Under the pieces are notes generated by a model that made no database searches, was not told the origin of the DNA, and was given only the letters and a program-made list of their open reading frames with translations. A program made the translations under genes and the position numbers. From positions 83,377 through 147,376 of IMG/VR virus record IMGVR_UViG_3300029319_000005: DNA of 64,000 nt; one strand, given 5' to 3'. Source of the stretch: a virus. Shown here one piece after another: positions 50,622 to 61,100 of this stretch. Every line of letters begins with the position of its first letter. Position 1 is the stretch's first letter.

Positions 50622-51275
50622 TTATTTACACCACTTTTCCATAAGCAGTTTGTTAATGTTTTTGTTTTTCCACTCTGTGAGTGTTGTTTCTTCTTCAACA
50701 GACTCTTCTTCTACAACTTCCTCTTCCGTGACCTCTTCTTCCTCTAGGGGCTTCAAACGATCTGCGGGCGTATCAGAAGGCGCTCTGTCTGGCGAGTCTG
50801 TTTTTGTTTTTTCTAAAAGAAAGCTTCTGACGACTTCTCTAATTTTGTTTTCTAATGTTGATTCCATTTTATTTGAGTCCTCCCAATCACGAAAACACAG
50901 GTTTCCTATTAAATAGGCTTCTTCTTCCATTTTTCTCAAATGTTTGTTATTTTGTGCATAGCCTTCGTTAGTTTCAATTTCTCCATCAAACTCTCCTCTA
51001 CAATTTTGCGAGTGATGTACAAGTTCGTGAGAAAAAGATCTTAAAATATCTTTGATATGTCTGTTATCTGTATATATAACAATTTCTCTATCACTAGGGC
51101 TATAATATGCTGTCTTGCCAAGAGGATTTTGAGAGTTCTCCTGATCAGACACAAAAGATAAACGCAGAGGGCCTGAAAAATTCATTGTCCTCTGCGCGTA
51201 GGGGTAAAATTTATTTACTAATCCTTCTAAAATTGATAAATCTTTGTTAGTCTTGTTTTGAATTTTCAAGCTCAT
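50622..51275 (-). CDS. HExxH metallopeptidase-like protein with acidic tail
   Basis: LRSFSHELVHHSQ..MEEEAY. Confidence 0.65.
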   Translation of the reverse strand: MSLKIQNKTNKDLSILEGLVNKFYPYAQRTMNFSGPLRLSFVSDQENSQNPLGKTAYYSPSDREIVIYTDNRHIKDILRSFSHELVHHSQNCRGEFDGEIETNEGYAQNNKHLRKMEEEAYLIGNLCFRDWEDSNKMESTLENKIREVVRSFLLEKTKTDSPDRAPSDTPADRLKPLEEEEVTEEEVVEEESVEEETTLTEWKNKNINKLLMEKWCK

Positions 51276-51870
51276 CTTTAATCATTGCCATTAGGCCTTC
51301 TTTTGTAATTTTCAGATCACTATCTATATTCTCAGCCATTGCACCAAGACCTCTAGTTGTGGCTGTGCCGCCTCTTTTAATGGCGTCTCCACCAGAAACC
51401 CCACGACCACGCGGTCTACGACCAGCGCCCAGACCAGGAGTAGTATCTTGTGAGGCCGCAATGTCAGCAGCCAACTTAGGATCTTGAATAAGCTCAAGAG
51501 CATCAACTAGGTTAGCTAATCTTGTATTTCCGCCCTTTGACCAAGACAACACTCTTTTAATCGAAGAAGAAAGCTCTGGGCTCAATTCAACTAGCTGATC
51601 TAGGTCTAAACTGCCTAGTCTTTTAACCATCTTCTTGCGATCGTTTGCAAAAGCGCTTGCAAAATCTTTTACAGCGTCTAGAGCAACATCGGCTGCATTT
51701 TGTGCAGCTTCTGAAGATAACTCTTCGGGAGTTTTAGCAAAAGCGTCTTTAGCCGCCCCAAATCCCCTCTTTAATCGATCCATAAAGCCTTCATCAATAG
51801 AATTCTCTTCAACAACTCTATTAAATTCTTCTAAAATGATGTTTTTCAACTCAGATTCAGTGATTTTCAT
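51247..51870 (-). CDS. leader-tagged hypothetical protein (motif at both ends)
   Basis: MKITESELKNIILEE and C-terminal LKITKEGLMAMIKDE. Confidence 0.6.
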   Translation of the reverse strand: MKITESELKNIILEEFNRVVEENSIDEGFMDRLKRGFGAAKDAFAKTPEELSSEAAQNAADVALDAVKDFASAFANDRKKMVKRLGSLDLDQLVELSPELSSSIKRVLSWSKGGNTRLANLVDALELIQDPKLAADIAASQDTTPGLGAGRRPRGRGVSGGDAIKRGGTATTRGLGAMAENIDSDLKITKEGLMAMIKDELENSKQD

Positions 51871-51950
51871 GTTTTTTAACCCCTCTAGATGGTTTTGTAA
51901 CTATAAATAGGACCAATTATTATAAAAAACCATAAAAAACCACAACCATA

Positions 51951-52706
51951 TTACCCACCCGGAGGTGCAGATTTTGATCTTTTATAAGATGGTTTTTTGC
52001 TATATGGTGGCATATTAGCTTGATTCCCGTGCTTAATTAGGCGTTTTTTCATTCTAGAATGCTTACTTTTTACCATTTGTTGGTATTTTTCTATCTCTTC
52101 TAGCTTATCAAAGTGCTTTTCGACTCCATTTTTCACCAAAAATGCTTTAATTAACACTTCAGGATGGTCGATTTCTAGCGATTTAACGGCATAAAGGTTC
52201 TCAATCATGTCATCCCAAAAGAATACCTCCGAAAATCCCTTAGAAAGCTGTTTTTTGACCCATGAAGCCTTTCTTTCGGGGCCTTCCCCTTCTAAATGAG
52301 AATATTTTGGTGAATTTACAGCAACAATCTCAACGTCGACGTCAAATTCTTCTTGCAAATATGATTTAATAGGCTTCCAAACCTCCCTTGCGGTCAAAAC
52401 TACAATTTTGTCGTCATTTGAGAGCTTCTTTATTGTTCTTATCATTAGATTTAGCGTTTTTTCGATTGGTTTAGGGTTTATTATTGTTTTAAACTCACTA
52501 AAATCAAAGTTATCCTCGGAGATATCCGAACCAGACAGCTTTAAGCGCTCCCATTCCTCTGGCTCTAACCTTTTTCCACTAGATTTGTGAATTATTTGTC
52601 CGTCTGTGTGTACCAAAGTATTATCAAAGTCAAAAGCAAATAGCTTCCTCCTCTTCTTTTGATCACTTTCAAGTAATTTGCGCCAATTTTCTAGTAATTC
52701 TTGCAC
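51951..52706 (-). CDS. leader-tagged HAD-family phosphatase with basic tail
   Basis: (GTG)QELLENWRKLLES; FDFDNT, LTAR, FWDD. Confidence 0.75.
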   Translation of the reverse strand: MQELLENWRKLLESDQKKRRKLFAFDFDNTLVHTDGQIIHKSSGKRLEPEEWERLKLSGSDISEDNFDFSEFKTIINPKPIEKTLNLMIRTIKKLSNDDKIVVLTAREVWKPIKSYLQEEFDVDVEIVAVNSPKYSHLEGEGPERKASWVKKQLSKGFSEVFFWDDMIENLYAVKSLEIDHPEVLIKAFLVKNGVEKHFDKLEEIEKYQQMVKSKHSRMKKRLIKHGNQANMPPYSKKPSYKRSKSAPPGG

Positions 52707-52707
52707 A

Positions 52708-53532
52708 TCAAGAGGCCTCTTCAACTTCTTTAAGATAGTTTTGCCAATCTCGCTTTAAATTTTCGTTAATAGACATGAGCCTATCATAAGAATTATCTCT
52801 TAGATCGCTAAGTTTACCAAGATAATTGTTTCTTCTTAAAACTTTAAACGCCAAATTCTCTGGGGAGTACGCTCCGGCTGGGCTTTCTAGGCCGCATTGT
52901 CTAAATTTTCTTATTTTTTGTTTTAAAAGCTCGGAAGAAACATACGCTTCCCTTAATTTGTTTTGTCTATACAGCCTTTCGATGTCATCTACGAGGTCCA
53001 TAAGATTTTGCGCTTTCATTTTTGTGGTCTTAAGATCCAATTCAGGCTTATCTTTAGTTGGTTTAACAACCCATTCGTCTTCTAATAGAGAATAGATACC
53101 GGTCGAGATATGCGGCTCGTCAATGTCCTGCACATAGATTTCAACCTCAAAGCCTCTAAGTTTAATATCATGGCGATCATTCCAATTGCCGCTCTTTCCA
53201 CGAAAGAATTCTCTCACTAGTTCCTCATTTTCATCCAAATCATCAAAATCCACCATGACGTGAAGATCTAAATCCGAGTACTGTGACCAATTATAGTTCG
53301 ACAAAGAACCTGTAAGCACAATATCTTTTATCTCAATGTCCCCTAGACCAAGGTTAGACATAAAATTTTTAGCAATTTCAATTAGTTTAACAGCTATTTC
53401 GGGTCTGATCTTATTATCGTCGGTCCAGATGTCGCGGTTAAGTTCATCTTTGAGTTTAAAGCTCTCTAAGTCTATTTTTTTATTGTCTTGTAGGAACTCT
53501 TCCCAAAGCTTTTTGTTTATTTCCATAATCAT
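52708..53532 (-). CDS. Pol-beta-superfamily nucleotidyltransferase
   Basis: LTGSL..SDLDLH..VEIY; leader-like LWEEFLQD and C-terminal WQNYLKE. Confidence 0.8.
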   Translation of the reverse strand: MIMEINKKLWEEFLQDNKKIDLESFKLKDELNRDIWTDDNKIRPEIAVKLIEIAKNFMSNLGLGDIEIKDIVLTGSLSNYNWSQYSDLDLHVMVDFDDLDENEELVREFFRGKSGNWNDRHDIKLRGFEVEIYVQDIDEPHISTGIYSLLEDEWVVKPTKDKPELDLKTTKMKAQNLMDLVDDIERLYRQNKLREAYVSSELLKQKIRKFRQCGLESPAGAYSPENLAFKVLRRNNYLGKLSDLRDNSYDRLMSINENLKRDWQNYLKEVEEAS

Positions 53533-53538
53533 AAATAT

Positions 53539-55437
53539 TTACTTACAGGCGTTTTCGTCAATAATTTCCATTAGGTTATTATACATAGTCACCATATCGT
53601 CAGTTAACTGATACCATTTGCCGCCAGACGCGACACAAAGGGGATCCCACCCCTCAAGTGCAATCCAGTTGTCCTTATGGTTTGTTTGAGAAAATATATA
53701 TATCTTAGTATTTGTAACTTTACCTATCAATTCAAGCAAGATATCTTGTGTGATATCTGGAATAGTGTAACTTTGGGAACCCTCGTCGGTAAACAGTACG
53801 ATAACTCTTTTAACCTCTGGATCGGTTCGCCAGTTAATGATAAAATCTTTCATTGGAGGTTGAGATTCAGTAACCCCAGTGCCTGTGGCCCATTTCAGCG
53901 GGGGAATGGTAATTGGCAAAGACCCAGCCCCAACGAGATTATGCAATGAGAGATATATTGCGTCCATCATCATCTCTCTAGCGCCCGACATTGCCCAAGA
54001 ACTTATATTTAATTGTGACATTGAAGATAGAAAGTCACTGAATCCACTAAGATTGTGGTAAAGATTTAAATATTCTGAATTGTTCCAAGCGTTATCGAGA
54101 GGTCCTAGAATAGTACCCCATTGTAAAACCTCTTCGTCACTGTAGCTAGCGGCAAACTTATTAAGAGCAGACATAACAGCATATATCTCTGTATCCATCG
54201 AACCTGACCAATCAACGATAAAGAGAACATCAACAGGCCCCAACTCTTCCCCTGAGTCTGTTTCGCCGTCACAATCGTTATCTACACCATCACAAATTTC
54301 TTCTTGAGGTGTTACTTCATCTTTGCAAAGGCCCGGTACGAAATAATCAGGTATGCCTTCAAAGTAGTTACCCCAAGTTCCTTTATAGCACGTCAAAATC
54401 CCAGGCTCACAAATACCTACAAACAGCGTATCTGGATCAGCAGTATAACACATTTCAAATAAGTCTTCATCAATTAATTGATTACAATTGTCGTCGTAAT
54501 TATTGCACTCTTCGGCAGCAACAGCGCCTTTTGTGGGATCGCATTCTTCGCCCGGTACTGGAAAATATACACAAGGAGATACACAATCCGTTGTCAAAAT
54601 CTCTGAACAGTCCGGCGTTGTACATTCGCAAGTTTTATATCCTTCCCCGCATATTAAAGGCTCTTCTTTACAAGGGAAAAGAACTCCAACGTCTGCGATT
54701 GTACACTCACAATTTATACCTTCATCAATTTGTCCATCGCAATCGTTGTCGAATCCGTCACATATCTCTGTCTGGACCGGGGGCGCTGTGCAAGAAACCC
54801 AGATGCCACCAACGCAGTACTCAATGCCATTCCCACAAGCAGAATAACAGTCTTGAATCAAGTCCTCATCAGTACCGCCATCACAATCGTTGTCCACATT
54901 ATCACAAGTTTCTTCCGGCAGGAAACCACATTCATCACAAGCGTTCCTCTGTCCCTCATCGATATGACCATCACAATCATTATCCTCGTAGTCGCAGATT
55001 TCTTCAGAACACAAAGAGGTACAATCAGTATATTTTATTTTACCTTTATCACAAATTTTCTTTTGAGTACCGGGATACCCATCATCAGTTGTACAATCAA
55101 CATCTCCCAAGTCCGGCGTGCTTGGGTCACATTCAAAGATTTCAAAGCACTCACTAATAGAAATGATTTCAGGAGGATCTTTGCAGATATCTGTTGTAAC
55201 CTGCATTTGCCAAACTTCGTCTAGTGGGGGACAAAAGTAAAATTCAAATTTATAACATCTTTTTTCATAATTGTTTTTTGCAAAATAGCGAATCATTTCC
55301 GCAGAGAGAGATTTATTAAAGATATGCGACTTTGTATCAAACGTAAGCTCTGGCCTCTCGTTTTGATTCTCAGAACAAGTCATCAATGCTACTGTTAATA
55401 ATAATAGCGTAAGAACTCTAATAAATTGTTTCGTCAT
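53539..55437 (-). CDS. lipoprotein with Cys/Asp-rich ExCDxxDNDCDG repeats and a C-terminal vWA domain
   Basis: LMTC lipobox; ~5 EICDGFDNDCDGQIDE-type repeats; MIDAS DWSGSM; FTDE. Confidence 0.8.
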   Translation of the reverse strand: MTKQFIRVLTLLLLTVALMTCSENQNERPELTFDTKSHIFNKSLSAEMIRYFAKNNYEKRCYKFEFYFCPPLDEVWQMQVTTDICKDPPEIISISECFEIFECDPSTPDLGDVDCTTDDGYPGTQKKICDKGKIKYTDCTSLCSEEICDYEDNDCDGHIDEGQRNACDECGFLPEETCDNVDNDCDGGTDEDLIQDCYSACGNGIEYCVGGIWVSCTAPPVQTEICDGFDNDCDGQIDEGINCECTIADVGVLFPCKEEPLICGEGYKTCECTTPDCSEILTTDCVSPCVYFPVPGEECDPTKGAVAAEECNNYDDNCNQLIDEDLFEMCYTADPDTLFVGICEPGILTCYKGTWGNYFEGIPDYFVPGLCKDEVTPQEEICDGVDNDCDGETDSGEELGPVDVLFIVDWSGSMDTEIYAVMSALNKFAASYSDEEVLQWGTILGPLDNAWNNSEYLNLYHNLSGFSDFLSSMSQLNISSWAMSGAREMMMDAIYLSLHNLVGAGSLPITIPPLKWATGTGVTESQPPMKDFIINWRTDPEVKRVIVLFTDEGSQSYTIPDITQDILLELIGKVTNTKIYIFSQTNHKDNWIALEGWDPLCVASGGKWYQLTDDMVTMYNNLMEIIDENACK

Positions 55438-55744
55438 AAAAACTCTCTAAATTAAAATATTCATAATCTCTGTTTATTTCCCACAAGTTAGCGACTCTTC
55501 TTCCTGCATCTATCTCACTATCAAAAGTTTCGTCTAAATCTATTGTGTGACTATTGGGTAGAAAAAAATATACATCTATGTTCCACTTTAGAGTAAACGG
55601 TTTTCTAAAAACCTTTCCTATTATAGTCAAATCTCCTTTGTCATCTTCATAAGATATTTCTACTTCGTTTTCGGAGATGCTTTTCCACCTAGTCTTTTTC
55701 TTCGGCAAGAAAATTTTTGATCCTTTTTTCTGCATATTTGTCAA
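55418..55744 (-). CDS. hypothetical protein
   Basis: ORF in operon; start uncertain. Confidence 0.45.
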   Translation of the reverse strand: MTNMQKKGSKIFLPKKKTRWKSISENEVEISYEDDKGDLTIIGKVFRKPFTLKWNIDVYFFLPNSHTIDLDETFDSEIDAGRRVANLWEINRDYEYFNLESFYDETIY

Positions 55745-55845
55745 ACACTTTTTTTTCTAGTGATAAATCTAAATTTCCAAAACTTAAGATAAATAAAGTT
55801 TTTTCTATAACGCATATAAATGCTAGAAAAATAAAAAAAGCTCGT

Positions 55846-56073
55846 CTACCGATAGTCACTCATAAAACCCTCATTTATATGTCCGCAAGATGTACACTCA
55901 AAGGTTTGCAATGGCACAAACCCCTCCTGGCCGCTTGGAGACAATAACGCAGCAACCTTTCTAACCTTAAAGACAACTGTAAACTTATCGTTGCCACATT
56001 CATCACAAGTAACCTCGGTTGTTTGGCTTATATCGAGTGACGGGCCACGCTGGCCTTGTACAAACTGTTTCAT
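55846..56073 (-). CDS. zinc-ribbon protein
   Basis: CDECG..CTSCGH. Confidence 0.65.
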   Translation of the reverse strand: MKQFVQGQRGPSLDISQTTEVTCDECGNDKFTVVFKVRKVAALLSPSGQEGFVPLQTFECTSCGHINEGFMSDYR

Positions 56074-56097
56074 CTTAACCTCTTTAATAATTAGTGT

Positions 56098-56502
56098 TTA
56101 TCCGATAAAAGACTTTTTAATGACATTCTTGTAGTTTCTAGAGATGTCATGATTGTCAATGTCGGATTTTGATATGAAGCGATACTCTGTGTGTTCGCCA
56201 CTTAATGATATTATACCGTCAGGTAGCGGGAGTTTATAATAAAATTTATGTGCGTTTTTTTGTACTAACTCGGCAACGCTGGTATCTATGTAAAGCCCAG
56301 TCTCTTCTTTAACTTCTCTTTTTAGTCCTTGCAACACTGCTTCTCCTTGGATAAGATGCCCACCAGGGAGATCCCATTTTGAATTTTTTGCTTTTTTTAA
56401 CATAAGAATTTTTTCATCAACGTATATAACTGCTTTAGCGACAATTTTCGTGTCGCCCTCTAACTCATTTAAAAAGTTGTTCCAACTTTTAAACTTTTTC
56501 AT
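56098..56502 (-). CDS. leader-tagged NUDIX hydrolase
   Basis: MKKFKSWNNFLNE; PGG..GE..LKREVKEETGL. Confidence 0.85.
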   Translation of the reverse strand: MKKFKSWNNFLNELEGDTKIVAKAVIYVDEKILMLKKAKNSKWDLPGGHLIQGEAVLQGLKREVKEETGLYIDTSVAELVQKNAHKFYYKLPLPDGIISLSGEHTEYRFISKSDIDNHDISRNYKNVIKKSFIG

Positions 56503-56507
56503 TGAAC

Positions 56508-56744
56508 TTACCTTTTTCGTGTAAAGGCCCAAGATAAGGCAAGTACAGCCAAAACTAAGTACAAACCAGACGAGCCAAGATCTCCTGACAGTTGTATCAT
56601 GTTCTCTAGTGTGTTTATAGGGAACATCAAGTGATCAGGGCCAATTAATACTTGTAGTGTAAAAAGAAGTGCTATTATTCCAATGCCTAGTTGAGTTAAC
56701 GACTTTAAAATGGTTGTGATTGAATCAATACGCTCAGGGTTCAT
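56508..56744 (-). CDS. two-TM membrane protein
   Basis: Two hydrophobic helices; GGAG SD. Confidence 0.55.
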   Translation of the reverse strand: MNPERIDSITTILKSLTQLGIGIIALLFTLQVLIGPDHLMFPINTLENMIQLSGDLGSSGLYLVLAVLALSWAFTRKR

Positions 56745-56753
56745 GTTTTTCTC

Positions 56754-57029
56754 CTATTTGAAAACTTTTTCTTTGGATGTCTTAAAAAGCTTTGGTAAGA
56801 AGCTCTTCTTTAAACGCAACAGTCTATCAAATTTTGTTATTGTATGAGAGTCTGTATATAGCGTGCTTGGTTTTTTTATTTCCCCGTCAATTAATTGCTC
56901 ATTGAAGTCGTAAAACTTTGCTTTTGGGCTCCGTGCCCTGCTATCAGGCACTGCTAGCACAAAGAGGGCGATGAGCAGAATTGTTATTAGGATTGTAAAA
57001 GTCCAAGAGTCGACAAATCGTTGTTTCAT
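56754..57029 (-). CDS. CglF/GltF-like (myxobacterial gliding motility) small exported protein
   Basis: Signal/TM followed by YDFNEQLIDGEIKKP..Y..FDRLLRLKKSFLPKL, resembling the DF..I.GE..KP..F..LI..R..F.P.L pattern as recalled. Confidence 0.6.
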   Translation of the reverse strand: MKQRFVDSWTFTILITILLIALFVLAVPDSRARSPKAKFYDFNEQLIDGEIKKPSTLYTDSHTITKFDRLLRLKKSFLPKLFKTSKEKVFK

Positions 57030-57116
57030 ATGGGTAATTAGTAGGAGCGGAACGCTCCCGAAAAATTTAAATTCTCAAAATTAAGCCCGAAAATTTTCTT
57101 CTCCAAAATTTTTTCA

Positions 57117-57494
57117 TTACATATCCCCTATATTTGTCTTATTATCACCTTTCCCTAAGACATTCTCTATGATATCAGCGGTAGCTTCCATGGTTTTTTC
57201 TAAAAGTTGTAGAGCCATAATAATTTTCATCATATCTTTTATGGTTTTCATGGAATCATCTATACCACCCACCCCTTGGCTCAACGTTACAAAGTCCTTA
57301 GTGCTCATTCTTTCGGTCATAGAATCAAAGCTTGGACCCAAAACGGCATCCTCCCTAGAGTCTACGTTAGAAACGCCTTGTAGGGCACTTTCTGCTTGCC
57401 CTACGGGTGCTACTTCCTTGGGTGCCGATTGACCTTGTGTGTTACTAGCGGGCGCTACTTGCGATCCTACCCCTCCTACTGCTCCAACTGTCAT
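57117..57494 (-). CDS. hypothetical protein
   Basis: AGGAGG SD; 125 aa. Confidence 0.55.
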   Translation of the reverse strand: MTVGAVGGVGSQVAPASNTQGQSAPKEVAPVGQAESALQGVSNVDSREDAVLGPSFDSMTERMSTKDFVTLSQGVGGIDDSMKTIKDMMKIIMALQLLEKTMEATADIIENVLGKGDNKTNIGDM

Positions 57495-57517
57495 ACTAAA
57501 CCTCCTTACTAGACAAG

Positions 57518-57799
57518 CTAGTCGTTAGATCCTATGGGATAGTCATCGTCATCGCTAATCGAACCACTGCCTCCTATGGGAACAGGCTCATGTAAAAAGA
57601 CTCTAGATGCTATCTCTAGGTCGTGACCTTCAAAATAGAAAGGTTGATTAAACGGCCACCAATGCACTTTATATAATAAAGTTTCATTAAGTTTCTCATA
57701 AGCGAGTATAACACCTAGCTTGCATTGCCTAGCCGTATGCTTACGATTTTCTCTAGATACGTCTTTAAGAGTGACTAAATCACCTATCTTAAACTTCAT
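57518..57799 (-). CDS. small SH3/KOW-like phage protein
   Basis: MKFKIGDLV..GVI..YKVHW. Confidence 0.5.
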   Translation of the reverse strand: MKFKIGDLVTLKDVSRENRKHTARQCKLGVILAYEKLNETLLYKVHWWPFNQPFYFEGHDLEIASRVFLHEPVPIGGSGSISDDDDYPIGSND

Positions 57800-57846
57800 T
57801 AACTATCCTGGGATCTTTATATCCGTAAATAGTTTCTGGGTATATT

Positions 57847-58125
57847 TTAACAGTCCGCCTTTTTCTTCGTGACCATCATCGCCTTTACAGCGGTATCAGT
57901 ATCTAAATCATCTAGAACTCCCAGCCACGCCTCTTTCTCAGCGTTAGTCATTGCGTCCATCATGGCCCACAGGCTATCAATCTCATCTTGCATTTGTAGG
58001 TTTCTATCTAAGAGTCTTGTATTCTCTTCAATTAAAAGCTCTAACTCTTTTTGGAGCGTATCAATTAATTCTTCCAATGTTAAGCCTTCTAATGTTCTTT
58101 TTTCTTCAGTCATATCATCTATCAA
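57847..58125 (-). CDS. coiled-coil protein
   Basis: Heptad pattern. Confidence 0.5.
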   Translation of the reverse strand: MIDDMTEEKRTLEGLTLEELIDTLQKELELLIEENTRLLDRNLQMQDEIDSLWAMMDAMTNAEKEAWLGVLDDLDTDTAVKAMMVTKKKADC

Positions 58126-61100
58126 ATACTACTGGCTGATCATCTGCTAAATGGAATCCTATATTTCCGGCGTGGACATCTGCCGTTTCTTCGTCGAATA
58201 CCAAATGGTCTCCTTTTTTAAGAGCAATTTCTAATACCTCTTTGAGCATCTTAGCTAAAGTAGCCGTGCCATAACCGTGCTCTGACTCTTTAGGAAGTCC
58301 AACGTTGCTTTTATGTATAATTTCTAAAAGATATTTTACGTATTGAATTTTATCTTTACTATTTGGATTTTCCTTAATAGGTTCTATATCTCTATCATCA
58401 GGATGCACGTTGGGATTATATTGAAAAGCTAAATTCTGAAGGAGCGTGTGTACGTCATCAAAATGCGCCGCAGCAATTAGGGGGCTTGCGCCCTTTTGCC
58501 TAGCCCACATTTTTAGAGGAACTACTTGTCCGATCTCTGCCCAAGCAACATCAAAATTACTAGTCTCTAAATTGCCTGAGCCGAAGACAGCAAGTTCTCC
58601 TCTTCGTGATGCCCCTGTAAATTGGTCGCTTTTCATTTCTTCGTACCATTCTAGCTCTTCTTCCGCTCCTCGGATCCCACCAGAAAAAAGCTTAAGAGCA
58701 TGGCCGTTATCTAACTCAAAAACGACACCATAGGCCCCAGCGCCCAGAAGATCAACAATCTTGTTTGATTTCAACGGGTTATCATTTGGAATTTCGTTAA
58801 CAACATCTGTAAAAACAGAAAGATTTTTCTTGCGAAACTCATCCGGATATTTTGCTACTTTTAATTTTCCTATGTCTATATCAAAATAGTCCGGGATACG
58901 AGCCATCATGACATTGTCGAAAATCTCATGAATATTGTGAATATAGGTTTCATTACCTTTCTCCAGTGCTCGCTGGGCATATGCCTTTTCTTTTTCTGTA
59001 CTAAATCTTTCTTGCTCTTTGGCTTTAGCCAATTTTTTTAATGCGCTATAAACTTGTAAATCTTTTTCTTTTCTTGAACGCTGTTCCTTTACAAATTTTT
59101 TCCATTTTTTAAATTGCTTTACAACTTTTTGCTCGTAAATAGCTAATTTTAAACGACTATTTTTCGTCTCTTGTAAAGAGGCACCAAACTGTGCTGTCGC
59201 ATCTTGAGAAGCTATGTGATCATCATTAGGATCGTATTGTGGTCGAGGAGTGTCAAAAGTATTATCTGTCATTCTAAGTCTGGCAATTCGATCTACACGA
59301 AACATTCTCCACCCAGGAAGATTGTCTGGCGTGTCTGATGCGCCTTGAACTTGCCATGCACGGACTACTGGATTCCCCGACTGGTAGTGCGTACCAAGAA
59401 CGACAGGTTCAATAGCTCTAGCTCCTCTGCTAACTGTATTGTCTCCCTCATAAAATATAATAACAACTCTTTTGTCGTTTATTGCTTGCCCTAAGTTATT
59501 GTATTTATTAGATAATCCTAAGAGAGTTGTTTGTTCTTTAAGTTTCTTCTTCCACTTCTTATGGAAGTTTTCTTTTTTTGGAAAGTTTGGACTGCTTTCA
59601 ATTTTCTTTAAAAGTTTTTCTCTCTTGTTTGTCTCCCAGTTCCCATCAGTCATACCCGCCCTCTCCCAAGCGGCGTCTAATAGTTCTTTTTGTATTTTGT
59701 AAACTTTCATTAAAGTTTTCGGGCTAGTCTTGGGGTTTTCTATAACCGCTAATGCTACATCTTCTCCTTCTGCCGGTGCGGGTGATAGCTTTGCACGACG
59801 TCCTGAAGGAAGAGGTTTTTCCGAGAATCTAGCTGGCATTGATACAATTTTATCAATTATTTGTGGGCTGCTATTAGGATGGGCCATTATTTGTTTCAAA
59901 TCAGCTATCTCGTCATGCCCGAGGGCGCTCATTCGTTCCACAATGTCGTTGAGGAACGCCTCATCCAAGTTTGGATGTTTAAGTATTTCTTCTCGCGCTT
60001 TCCAAGAAAAATCTATATTGTAATCACTTTTACCGAAAAAGATTTTTTTAACAATATCAAGCGGCATGTTTGGATGTTTTAAAAGCGAAATGTACATTAG
60101 ATTGCTAGTGAGCTTTCTAACGTTTGGATTCTTTTTAAGATTAAATTTATCCAGTATCCTTACGACAGTTTCGGTAGGCGTAGAAGGATTTTTTATGAGT
60201 GCCCCCGTGACGACAAATTGAGCCATCCCGCCATCACCACGAACTCGACGCTTTTTGTCACCAGAGGTTACCCCCATTGTCTCCTCGGCCTTTGTCAGCA
60301 GACTAGGAGGGGTTCCTGGGTTAGCAAACAAATCTCTCAGACGTTCAGGATTACCATCTTTGTATATCCTAGTTGCTTCCTCTTCTGATATATTTGGATC
60401 CCTAGCAAGCAAGACTTCATCATACGTTGAGATAATTTTATATTTTTGTCTAGCTTTCGTCTTACTCAACAATTGATGAAGTTGGACGATCTTTTCGTCC
60501 GGAATCTCGTAATCTCTTCGGTCCATAAATTGTTCTGTACCGTAATGAAACTGAAACTTGTTCTCAGGATCATCTTTCGGAACGAAAACGAATAAGGGAT
60601 CGCCAGGCTTGTAGTATTGAGCAAAATAATCCAACCCAGGTGCCGCAGTACACCACTCGGTACCTTTTCCAAGCTCACAGGCTGCTCCTTTGTTGTGTAT
60701 AGCGGCAATGTACCACTCATCATCATCCCTGAATACTTCTGTGCCTTCCGCAGCATCTAAAAATTTCTGCTTTTCTTGATACGCTTTAATGTCCGGCCAA
60801 GCCTTGTCAGTAATATCAAGTAACTGGTCTGGACTTTGGATTCTATTTAAGTCCTTGGTTCCCATAAAATCTGAATACTGGAAGAACATTTCAAGACTCC
60901 GATTTACAGAGAAAAGGTAATTGGTCATATCAGAAGCATCAATGTCGAGTAGTGCTGTATCAAGTACATGGCTAGCCTCTGTGGACACGATATGGTCTCG
61001 AAGTGATGAAACGGCTTGCGCCATGGTTGTTTTTACCTTTACATTTTTTCGAAGCAAACGAACAATCCAAAGTATTGCTGCGCCCTTTTGATTATCCGTT

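Noticed and set aside
51923-51942. taaaaaacca tandem duplication
   Set aside because: Too short and AT-rich to assign a function.
54270-55010. Repeated cacaatc-containing DNA units
   Set aside because: Explained by the DNDCDG protein repeats.
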